From Torpedo marmorata (Eukaryota), in assembly GCA_977017645.1 (NCBI GenBank), contig OZ360224.1, positions 44,702,001 to 44,766,000 on the forward strand: 64,000 nt of DNA, given 5' to 3'. Below the pieces are notes generated by a model. That model saw only the letters and a list, made by a program, of their open reading frames with translations. It made no database searches and was not told the origin of the DNA. Of the stretch, positions 22,449 through 34,304 are shown in pieces (the first letter of the stretch is position 1; every line of letters begins with the position of its first letter). The position numbers were made by a program, and so were the translations under genes.

Positions 22449-24576
22449 CTGATAAGAGCATTTCAGATATCCAGGTTTACAAAACACACTGCACTGTAAG
22501 ACTACATAAACATTCTTATAGACGAGATATAAAATTTTAATAACAGCTTGCCTGATATTGTCCACTCGAAATACAACTAATGTCCAGAATAAATGACACA
22601 ATCTTATAATTCAATGTTTACACAAATCCATTAAATGTATTTATTGCTTTCACCGTGTGTTAATCCTACTATGTAGTTTGAAGCTAATTATGTTCATCCT
22701 TTTTTAATATTATCAGCTGAAACAATCTGTTTAAGCACAAATTAGAAACGCGCTGAAACAAGTCAATATTTCCACAGTGAAGGTGGAATAACTTGGAGTG
22801 CGAGGACCAGATCCTCCTACTTATAATAACAGAAATAGCGTTTGAAGTGGGAAAATATCAAATCGTGTTCAAGTTGGTATTTATATCCGTTTTATTTATT
22901 GTCCCAAGGGGTTGGGAGCAGTGAAATATTCTTTTCCTGCACAATTAATGCAGACCTGTTTTTTTTTCCCCTAATGACGCCCTAACATCCAATATCCGAC
23001 AGAGGGCAGAACAACTACATATAATATGTAATGGTCCGTCTTGTCAGATCATTTCAAAGTCTGAAGCTTTTTCTATCATGCTGCATCGTGCGATTGCGCG
23101 AAAGTTATTTTAAAGTTTTTGTTTTCTTTTATTCTGCTACAATATTAAAGGAATTTTGTAATTAAGAGGAATTCAGACATTTATTAATTATAAATTGGAA
23201 TTAAAAATGAAATGTACCCATGTTTATTTGAGCTTTGGGACCGACCAATAAAACTCATACGAATATTTGGAATATTATCATATACCTATTAATATCTAAT
23301 GTCAAGTTATATCGATAGTCATAGAGCCATAGACATATCTATAAACTGTATTGTTAATCTTCGATACAATTTGTAGTGTTTAAACGCAAATAACAAAATT
23401 AGCATGCGTATTTTATTAATTAATAAAAACGGAGACGACCTGTGATGCTTAGTCCCTGTCAGGCACGATCTACATTTAGAATTACTTTGTTTCGGTATAT
23501 TCGATACTCGTGATTACAAGGAAACATACCTGATATTGACATTATTGATGCAGGCAATAGCTTGGTTACTTCCATAATAACGCGCAATTCGATTTAAACG
23601 CTCTTTTGTGAGAAAAGATCAGCTGATAGAAACAGCTGCTGGGTTTATTGATGGAGAGGTGGAATCAGGCATAACCCCAGGCCTCGTATACCCTCTCCGT
23701 TTCCAGTAAAATCATATCATCGTTAAATGATCTCAAGCCAGCCATGACCAATGAATCAAACTGAGTTTCGATACATTTTTTTTATCTTGCAAATTAGCAT
23801 TGGCAATTTCAATTTTGGTTTCTCGTTCAAAGTAAACGGAGTCATTCTATAACGATCCATCTATCTTTGTGCCCACACACCCTGACACCTAACTATTTTT
23901 TCGCCCTAATCTGCCAATATGTTATCAATCGATCTATAGTCGTCAAAAGGAAAGAGAGCACTAACTGTATGATTTGCAATTAAAATAGACTTATTATGTA
24001 ATTGTACGCGCATTTCTATGTAGTATGACCATCTGTTTCTTATTCTTTCATATTTATTCAGACATCCTCCAATGCATGATCTGTATATCGGAACAGAATG
24101 TATAACGTGCAGGAAGCTGTGTTTACCTTGCATTTGTTCCATGCAGAAAGACGCAAATTAATGTGCAGGATAAATTGCTTCAGTGAACTTTTGTTTAATG
24201 CTTTTATGGCCACCAATAAACATAAAAGGGGCAACGGTTATATCAGATTTAACAGTACAACTTGTATCACATTAAAGTTTCAGAAAGTTGATTCCAACCT
24301 GGATATAAAGGAAACGTAGATACGCACAGTATAAGTTCCCATTGCATTATTTTCTCCTTGAACGTTGCAGGATTGTGTGCGAGCATGTTTATCTTTTCAA
24401 AAACCACTGTCGATGACTATACTTATTAAAAGCGACAACGACCAGACATTCCCAATCATTCCCATTCTTTCATGAATTGAATATTTGTTAAATCAGCCCT
24501 TGAAAAACTATCGCATTCCAGGTCGTTAGCAGCATGGCTATTTGATTAGAAAGATGTGATGGAAGTGTCGTGAATT

Positions 24577-24604
24577 GGGGGAGGGTGGGAGGGTGGGGAG
24601 GGGG
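24577..24604 (+). other. Putative G-quadruplex upstream of tfap2b exon 1a
   Basis: GGGGG-A-GGG-T-GGG-A-GGG-T-GGGG-A-GGGGG: six G-tracts with 1-nt loops. Confidence 0.6.
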
Positions 24605-24879
24605 TTGTCAATTCTGTTACTTACTTGGACAATCTATTTACTTATTCATTAAATAACAAAATGATTGATAGATGAATAAATGTTCTAAAAGTCAAGAACG
24701 TAAAGTTACAAAATTGATTCATCTCATCTGTAGAACACGAATGTTACCGGTAGATCATTGTTTTAAATAGTAATATTTAATTTTTTATGGTGGTAGATTC
24801 TGCCAAACTAAGAAACAATTGGGTCGAACGGAAAGAGGTAAATCATTCAATATACTCCAATTGTAAGTTTAACTGAGAT

Positions 24880-25060
24880 ACTGTGCATCCAATGGGAGAG
24901 ATAGATTGATGGAGAGGCAGGCGGAGGTGTGCCCTCCCATTGCACTCTGTACGCATATATTCTATCTCTAAATGTTTCAGAAAGGTAGACATATAAACAG
25001 AAAACTAAACCGACAGACAGACAGATTTTACGTTTTGCATTATATATAGGCAGTTACAGG
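24880..25060 (+). promoter_or_regulatory. Candidate tfap2b proximal promoter
   Basis: CCAAT (24889), AGGCGGAG GC-box-like motif (about 24919) and TATATATAG (25041), 350-500 bp upstream of the start codon. Motif-only evidence. Confidence 0.35.
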
Positions 25061-25267
25061 ACTTCAAAATCCACCGCATTGATGGGATTTTCATTACAAG
25101 TTAATTCCTTGTCTATAGTTTATTATTTAGGATTAGAACTGAACTTTCAATGTTACTGTTGAATTAATAAATGTGTCTGTGTGGTACAGAGGCAGGGGTG
25201 TCGTCGTAGAGGGCTACAGCGATTCACGTCGGATTGAGCTTGTTTTCCCCAGTTAAACCCATCGGTG

Positions 25268-25331
25268 GAGAAAGAGGGAAGGGGAAAGAGAGGGAGAAGG
25301 AAGAAGGAGCGAGAGTGAGAGAAATAGATAG

Positions 25332-25372
<41 letters not shown>
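25268..25372 (+). repeat. Polypurine tract with (GA)n microsatellite in the tfap2b 5' leader
   Basis: Purine-rich run ending in a pure GA repeat at about 25336-25372, roughly 20 bp before the ATG. Confidence 0.9.
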
Positions 25373-25373
<1 letters not shown>

Positions 25374-25394
25374 AGACAGCTGCTCTTCACATGA

Positions 25395-25475
25395 ATGCAC
25401 TCATCTTCTAAAGACCAGACTGCAAACATGCTCTGGAAACTTGTGGAAAATGTCAAATACGAGGACATCTACGAG
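25395..25475 (+). CDS. tfap2b: Transcription factor AP-2 beta, coding exon 1a
   Basis: Translates [27 protein letters not shown], compared with human TFAP2B from memory: [27 protein letters not shown]. Followed by donor GAG|GTGAGC, phase 0. Confidence 0.96.
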
Positions 25476-28400
25476 GTGAGCAAACACGGAAATAGTTTTC
25501 TGTTTTATGGTCGAGTGAATTAATCGGGCTTCAGAGTTATGTCTGCCTTGAAATGTTCCAACACCAGGCTGGCAATTTTCTGCATTCAAGATATGAACCA
25601 TTTATCATTAACGTCGTCAGATTTTTGTTTTTCGGAAATGTCAGACTTCGCTCTGTTACAAAGACAATTTCCATATTTTCACAACATACAAAATGTTGAA
25701 GAAAATATGATATACGTTTATTCTTGTTTACGAATGGACGATTGCATCTTTTTTTGTTCGAATTTCGTTAAGGTGGCGATTTTATATACAGCTACTTAGT
25801 TTTGCGCGTCGATATTGCTACTGGAAAGGCAAATTGAAAATGATGGTTACCTTCCGATGTCAGGTCGTTATTATAATGTAATTGGTTCCAAATTATAAAA
25901 TGTATTTTTGGATACAGCTTAGGAGGTCGTATGTGTTCAAAGCTGGTGCACACAGCCGACGAAGTGAGACGGTGTCAGGCTAGGAATTGCGAGAGGTCAC
26001 GATCAGTGAGCAAGTAATTCTAGAAGCCGGATAATGTTTTTTTTTAGTTGTAGTTCGCACTTTTCCGCATCGACATACTTTAAATATGGGGAAAGAATCA
26101 GAGAAAGGTGACATATGTAAAACAATGCGGGTGTAAATGTGAAAGAAAACGAGACTGGAGATAAATATTATTTGCGCTTAGAACCAGCGGTCCAGATATT
26201 GCCATTGTGCGAGAGAAACGGAAAAGGGGTCGTTGGTTTTTATAGAGCTCACTCTGACTAAAAGTTAAGGCAAATAGCACGCGTTTGAAAAAAGGTTTTA
26301 TAATATGTTCCCGGAGTGGTCTGTTGGATTAAATAAATAGGATAACAATGTATAAAGAGCGCAGAAAATGGCTTATACAGGCTGATGAATTGCTGCCAAC
26401 GTTCTGCTTTCAGACCCTTTAGAACGGCTCCGCGGGTAGCCGCCCTCTATAGAGCCACAAATGTCTCCGCTCTCAAGGTACTCGTCAGGCTAATCGTCAA
26501 CCGAAAGCTGGCAAAATCCAAGACATTTGCTTCAGAACTACAATACAATACAGCATAAATTAATGTAACCATCGCTTATTCCCCACCCAACCCTTTATTA
26601 GAAAACAGCGGTGTTAACTTCTGTTCTGAACGGTGCAGAATCATCGAAGATGGGATTTTTTTAAAATCTGCAGTGGACACGAAACTGTTTTACTTTAGTG
26701 TTCTTTTAAGCAAGTAACGAAAAGACAATTGGCTTATGTGTAATTTTATCTCCCAACGTTTTAATTATCAAGGGTATGTACGGATTAGACCATGTTTCCT
26801 GGTTTGTTTAATGTCAAATAGTTAAAACGTCGAAACTGTTTAATGATTCATACATAATTAGATTAGCAAATGCATTTAAGCATCTTAGCCTTGAATGTAA
26901 ACTAACAGTATACTTATAATAGCAATAATAACATAATTCATTTAAATAGCAATTTATTTTTGACCTAGCTGTTGGTGCTAGCAAAGATAAGTTATCAATT
27001 ATTTCCTTTAATTCGGTTGAAATGTAGTATTCACTCTGGGCTCTAATTACTCAAAATCGTAATGGTAAACTCCAAGTTAAAATGTTAAATAAAGCTTAGC
27101 CATCTGTCTAAAATGTACACCACCAGTGATCAGTGGAACACGGTAGTGGATTTGGGCGCAAACGGGGTTCACTGGGAAATTTTCCGAGACATTTTAGATT
27201 CACTGTCTGCGGACCATTTCCAACTTTTTACGGTTGTTATCGGGACACGTTGGGTTTCAGGAACGAGATAAGGCAACTGATGTCAGAAAAAGCGGTTGAA
27301 CATTCAAGCAGACAGAGCAGACAAGCCAGTCCAACGGGTTCGACAATAACCCGGAACAAGTATTGCATAGCATCACGCCCCCACTTCCCTCCCCCAAAAA
27401 ACCCCAAACTTGCCCCTCTGGCTTACATCAGCTCCGTAAACTTCAAGGGTCTTTACAGAAACCCTTGTAAATGTTTTACAGCTGGCGGCAGGAAAGGAGG
27501 ACTTTATTTAAAAAAAAGTGAGATAACGCAAGGGACCGTGAGGTCTAGATTTGCAACGCCTTCGATCATGGGTGCTGATAACAAAGAAAGCTTTTGGCGG
27601 TAGATTCTTCCAAAAGCAATTTGCCAAAATGTCTGGCGTCTCCCACACACACACATTGGCGTCGAGTCCTCTAAATTCCATGCAGTTTATTTTATACTTT
27701 GAACACGTACTCTATTAAAAAGGGATCGGAGGCAGGCAATAATCTTTATAATCACAATCTTTAGCCTGTCGACCAACGAAGAAGGGGTTGTTTTCGTTTA
27801 ACCTATTTGTTTCACTCTTTAATTTTCTTAGCAGTACCACGTGATAGGTCTTGTGAAATATTCAAGATGCCGGAGGTAATTTATTTAAGCGAATCTCTGG
27901 TAAGATCAACTTCATGTTGCCAAAGGGACAAGGTGGATTTGATCTTATCAGGGCTGGTATTCCCTAACATTATGCATTGCTTTTAACACAGTTCACTTGA
28001 ATTGGTGATTGCTATTTTATGGGGATTCCAACATTATCCGGTTTGAGGGTCTTTCCATATGAAGCTCATAACATCTGATGGTTCAGAACTGAATAAAGCA
28101 CTGTATTGATACTCCGATAAGAAGCGTTCCATCGCAGTAAAATGCACTTGTTTATGGTTCCACCGTTGCCGATAAAGAAATTATTCCACAAAGATTATGC
28201 AACAAGGGCGTTGTACAATTGTACTATTTCTTGTTAGTTCTGTATAAAATGTGTAAAAAATAATATTTGCATGGCGAATGGCTACAAGAAGGCATTTACG
28301 TACAACCGCCCCGAAAGGCTGGGCTATGTTAAAGAAGGCACTTGGCCCCCACAGTTTTAAACGGAGCAAAGCTAAGTCGAGTGTTCTGTTTCTTTAAGAC

Positions 28401-28922
28401 AGCCCATTCGCTGATCTGACTGGACTAGTTGACTACGATCGTTTGATTGTCTGGCTACATTACGACAAAACTTTTTTTTTGCGCCCAAAAGTCTGGCCAC
28501 GGTGTTACCAGTAACACCCACCACCATCACCACCACCCCTCCCCCTACCCCTTGTCTGATTATACATCTAGTAATTCTCGTCTGAATGAACGTCATTTAC
28601 AATAGTGAAGGAGCGCTGGCTGGCTGCTTCACGCTCGATTTGCCACCATTCTTCCTCTAAGTATTCGTGTAATATTAATAGTCATGAATATCAATTATTA
28701 TGGGGCGGTGTAGAGTGGCAGAGAGGGGTGTGAACAGTCAGCATCTTGCCTTGGAGAGGGGAGCACTGGTTGTGAAGCTGGAGTTAAAAAAATCTACAGC
28801 ATTTGTACTTTTTTGAGCGAATTTGATGGATATAGTGTTGGAGATACTTCAGGCAATCGGGCGTCTCTCCCTGCAGTCTCTCTTCCCTTCTGGTTGATGG
28901 TCTGTGATCAGATTTGCTACAG

Positions 28923-28949
28923 ATGTTAGTCCACACTTACACAGCTATG
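28923..28949 (+). CDS. tfap2b: Transcription factor AP-2 beta, alternative first coding exon 1b
   Basis: ATG TTA GTC CAC ACT TAC ACA GCT ATG|GTGAGT = MLVHTYTAM, consensus donor, phase 0 compatible with exon 2; resembles the known AP-2 alternative N-terminus (AP-2 alpha MLVHSFSAM). Confidence 0.88.
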
Positions 28950-29970
28950 GTGAGTTGGATCAGTGCTCGATGAAATCCCATTTCGCCCCAAACGCCGGTG
29001 GCTTTGTAATTTAGTCCATAATTGCAGGCTTTTTCTCTCTTGTTTGTATTGTTATCTAATCGGGTTTCGCTGGACGCGTCACTTGGCTAAAACTTTCAAC
29101 TGCGTTCCATAGCTTTTGGCGATTTGAGGTTCAGTTTTAGTTAAATGTGTTATGAAGTTTACTTGACATTCGACTTCGAACCCAGGATGTTTGTTTCTGT
29201 TGTGATCGACGCGATTTTCACGATACAGTTCGCCTTCAGTGATTTTCGTAATTTCTCATTTCCTTCCGACAACGCCTTAATTTTACTTTTTTTTAACGTT
29301 TCGAGCGTTTTAAAATCTATCGGTGACTGTATTTTTCTTTCTCTGTGAACGTGCATGTGGAAAATGTGTGAGTGGGCGTTTGTGTGTTGGGGGTGCGATT
29401 AACTCATATTTCACATCATTTCATATTAATTATAATATAACTTAAAGTTCCATCATACAGGTCCTTCATTTCTTCCTTCCCTCCATTAACCTTGTATGGC
29501 ATACCAAGAAATGCAACGCATGACTTTATCATATTTACATTTAAAGATTTTGTTGGATTTAATGTTTTCGAAGTCTCCCATCAGACTCAACTTTCTTGTG
29601 TTAAATGTGCAACTCCAGTTGAGCATAAGAACGGATACCTAGAATTGGAGATCAAAAGTAAAGGCATACTTGAGACGTTGTTAATACTTCAAGGTTATTT
29701 ATCTTCCATGTTACAGTTTACTTTATTGTTGTCAGGACGTTTAGCATTTTAATGCCCTTTGCTTGCGTCTTGTTCTGTTTCTATCAACAAAGATGCCTTC
29801 TTTGTTCATTTTTAAAATCTTTTATTTAATAATTAGACAATATTTAAGGACTTTTCTTGGTAACACCATACGTACACCCACTGTTATGTGTTTGCGTGAA
29901 TAAAGAGTACATCAGAAATGTATCATATTAAACAATATTTGGACTAAGACTTGCGATTTCTTCTTTGCAG

Positions 29971-30420
29971 GACCGACACGATGGAGTTAACAGCCACAGT
30001 TCGAGGCTGTCCCAACTCGGGTCGGTCTCCCAGGGACACTATTCAACGGCTCCGCCGCTTTCTCACACCCCAACGTCGGACTTCCAACCACCTTATTTCC
30101 CTCCTCCTTACCAACCTCTTCCATACCACCAGAGCCAGGATCCTTATACACACGTCAACGATCCCTACTCCCTGAATGCTCTGCACCAACCCCAGCAACA
30201 TCCCTGGCAGCAAAGGCAGCGGCAGGACGTTGGTGCAGAGCCCAGCCTTCTACATCAGCCCCGGGTTCTGCCCCAGATCACAGGGCTGGACCCTCGCCGG
30301 GATTATCCCGGCGTGCGGCGGCCAGACGTGCTTGTCCACTCTGCTCACGGATTAGATTCTGGAATGGGAGATAGTCTATCTCTTCACAGTATCAGCCATC
30401 AAGGAATGGAAGAAATCCAG
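29971..30420 (+). CDS. tfap2b: Transcription factor AP-2 beta, exon 2 (Pro/Gln-rich activation domain with PPPY motif)
   Basis: Acceptor TTTCTTCTTTGCAG; 150 codons [66 protein letters not shown]; donor CAG|GTGAGC. Confidence 0.97.
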
Positions 30421-33400
30421 GTGAGCCTATCCATATTAAAACGCAACTCTTAATGTCGCTTCCATTGTAAAGTTAAAATAATTTATTTCGAGAGTGAAGT
30501 GATAGTTTGACTATAATATTAGAGCAGTAAGTCAAATAATTTGTCATCTTTTATTTGTGATATTCCAAATATTAGCAGGAAGAAACAGAATTGCAATATA
30601 TTAACTTATATCGTTAGTAGATACAAACACTGTAACAATGTCTCAACAAACTTATTATTTTTAATAAAACAGAAGATTCATTGGTACAACTTTGGATCGA
30701 GAAGTTTTTTTGTTGATAACATTGATGTAGTCTGACAAAGTCTCGCTCCTGTGAAAAAGTGAACCACAAAGTTTAGTGTATGGTGCAAATAATTGGCTAT
30801 CGTTTGACAGCCTATATACTTGAGCGAATACATATCTTCTACTATTAGTGCAGAACCTGATTCTGTTAAATAAATACTCTGTCGGCCACAAAATCGCTTA
30901 TCAGAACTGCCCTCCAGAGAGGAAATCATATTTGATAATGAATGGTGGTGCTTCACAACACTATTTTATGATGTGCGTGAAACGATTTTGTGCATCTAAT
31001 CCATTTGAATTGTCATCTTATTTATTTTGGTGAATCGATTTCATAGATAAATAAATGCAATGATCTTGTAGTTGTACAATTATATGAGATGAGATCGGAT
31101 GCAGATTTTGAGGCAATGACAGAAAACCTCAAAACTTCTGCCATGCCTACATTAGGGGGTGGTGTGTGGAAATGCGAGGGTATAGACTGACCACGCAAAG
31201 TAAGAACTACTGGACTTTCTCTTGTTTAATAGTCATTAGGGGTAGCATTCGGCGAATGGTTCTGTTTGGTCGTTCTAACAATTATCTTATGAGATCATTT
31301 TTTATGAAATATACGTTATTTCGTTGGCAATACTCTACTGTATGTGAGCCTGGGTGTGGAATTTGGAGGGGATATAAACTAACAGTTAGAAAATTACTTA
31401 TTGGATGACCCTGAAAATCAGTACATAATCCATGAAAACCTGCTTATTAACTACACAGTCCTGTTACTGTTCTGTACCTGTACTTACTTAATAGGTTGTC
31501 TATTTGTGTGTGAATAGTTACCAAGCAGTGGGGATGGATGCAAATGTTACCGATGTACCAGAATTGAAACATATTATCATTGTAGAAACAATTGGAAGTG
31601 GTATTTTTCTTAAATCATTTAAATAAGCTCATTTCAAAGGCAGACTTAGTTTGGGGAGAAAAAGTAAATTCTCTTAAACAAATATGGCCGCTAAGGTCGG
31701 CAAATCCGCTCTCTAACGATTGTCTGTATAGCGTCCAGCATCATTCAGGCGAGTTTAATAACAATGAAGACTGTGCAAATTGAATTATTGATTTGCATTC
31801 GGTAAATGCGAGTATAAATGCCTTTATGGATCATATCTGTTGATCAAAGACATAGTTTGCAACCATCACAGTAGAATTGTACGGATCTTTGGAATGAATA
31901 ATATGTTTGGATTTGGATCACTCCAGTATTAGGTCACAGAGTCTATGTAGCTTTAATGGCCTGACCATTCTATTATATCTGCCAATCTGAATTTTGGGCA
32001 CATTCGATTCCAGGTCCATTCGTGGAATATCTTCTTTTCCTTTCAAATAAAACAAACATATTTCAATTAACTACATTAATAAATAATCGAAATATGAAAA
32101 CAGTATTTTACCAAGGTGCTTAACTCTCAATTGGGGTCAATCTTAACCATAATCTTGTTCCCAATACCTAAGAAATTTATTTGAATTTTTACTGGGATTT
32201 TTAGAAGGTGAAGTGGCAAAATAATATCCGATGTCGAATCCTGTGCTAATTTATGTTTTAAAAAAATAATATTATCGCTTCCAAATGTTCACAGGCGACA
32301 AATTTCATGTCGTTCTGGACATCTGTCCTTCTATAGCTCATTCACTTGGTAGCTGCTACCGTCTGAACAAATGAGGCGCTGATGTAGATTTATTGATAGC
32401 TACAACACTTATTGTATTGCTGTCTTCTCCGTGAAATGTTTTGTACGCGTGTTCGACTACGCTTTTCAGCGGGGGGAACTACATAAGTGAAACCAGGCTT
32501 AGATCTACGCACTTTAACCCCAGAGAGACTACATTTAACCACGCGTTTATACATTCACTATTTTTGTTTTAAGCGCGTGTATTTTTTCATAACTATAATA
32601 TTTTTTTGAAAATTTAAAATTATGGTTCCGTGATGGGACCACGTAAAGTCCCGCTTCTCTTTTCATACTTATCGTATTGTTTTGCGATTTCATTTCGAGA
32701 CGAATGGCGTCAGTCATAAACTTAATCGGATAGCGCCATAATGATGCATCTGTCATAATTATTTTAGTGTGATTCCTCGTGAATCTAGGATAATAAATAT
32801 CCTGTTCTATACGCATTGAGCTTCAGAACACTAGTAATATAATTCACTATTGCCAAGTTGATTCATTTGCAAAATATATGTTTACAGTAAAATTTGATTC
32901 GTTTTTTTCTCCAGAAACGACCCATGAGATTGTAACCATTGTGAATAGAATGGCAGTTCATATTTTATATGTAAAGTTAAAGGTAAAGGGTTCAGTTAAA
33001 TTAAATATTTGTTCTATAGTTCACAATTGTTTCAAAATGAATATACAACAGGCAATTGCCTTAACAGATCAACAGCCACAAGGAACTAACTCTTAACTTC
33101 GACGCCACTTTGAAACATTAACAGTGGCTTAGTGGTGCATTATTTAGCTCCCCCGTTTTAAAACTTGACAGGCAAAAATGACTAGTAAAAATGAAGAGTC
33201 TAGCACCTTTTTTTATTGACGAAACGTCAGATGTTCTGCCTAAAAACTACCAACTACGTGTTTCGGTCATTCAGATTTCTGAACCACAGTTTGTATTTTG
33301 GACATAATATTACGAAACAAGAAAGAACAGAAGGATTCCACCGAAAACACAAAGCATGTGGAGTACTGTTCGACATTTCCCATGCCCAAAATTGCTCCAA

Positions 33401-34229
33401 ATAAAACATATGTTGGTCAATTATAGAAGCGAATTGTGGATAATGTCAGTGGGCTTTATTTTTTTTGCTAAAAATGTACACCCAAAAAGAGAAATCTGCA
33501 TACTTAGATATGAAAGAGTGTGAAAGATACAGTTTACACCCACCAGTCTGAAATTGTCTGCTGAACTATTTCGCTGAATTTTACAAATTAAAATGAAAAC
33601 ATCTGTGATTAGCTGACGCAAAATAAGATTTGTAATATGCTTATTTCGGCACAAATGTTCAATACTTTAATCGCGCCTTTTCTGTGTCTATTCGTTTGAT
33701 TTAAATTCCACTTTAATAATATTCGAGGACGCATCGTAAATCCACGCTGGTATCATTTAAAACATCAACAAGATGAAATTCATATTGAATGATTAGAAGC
33801 ATATCGTGAGAGTATTAGCACGTTTCAACTAATATTATCAATGGTGTTTAAATGACTGCAGTGCATATTTTCATTGATACATTATAAATAGAGACATGCT
33901 GTTTAATCTGAAAGCTTTGAGCAAAGAGTTTGTGTCTGATTAATCTAAACGTTAGTTTGCAATAAAATATAAAATCGGAATATAGAATTGTGAAATTCGA
34001 TGATAACTGACTATCAAGGCTTGTAAACATGAAAGCACGTTTCCATGATCGCTTGGAATCTTTCTATGAACATTTAAAAGCATGAGCCCTTTGTTTCATC
34101 ATTTGCATTCAGAACTCTTAGGCACTCACTGGAAAAACAATGTACCTGTCTGGAGTATTATATTGTTGGAGCCAACACTCCTCCCCCACTACTCCACCAC
34201 CCACCCACCTCCACTGCCCCCAGTACTCT

Positions 34230-34303
<74 letters not shown>
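34230..34303 (+). repeat. (CA)n microsatellite in tfap2b intron 2
   Basis: About 37 CA units with one TA interruption. Confidence 0.95.

Positions 34304-34304
<1 letters not shown>

Noticed and set aside
1-25000. Exons of tfap2d, normally the upstream neighbour of tfap2b
   Set aside because: No AP-2 C-terminal motifs (such as HFSLITHGFG) seen in the ORF track or by eye; the gene is probably outside the window.
25234-25479. 81-aa ORF with ERERER repeats
   Set aside because: Translation of the (GA)n tract in a frame different from the real exon 1a.
27133-27603. 156-aa ORF in tfap2b intron 1
   Set aside because: Non-ATG start, no recognisable domain and no clear splice signals; likely a chance ORF.
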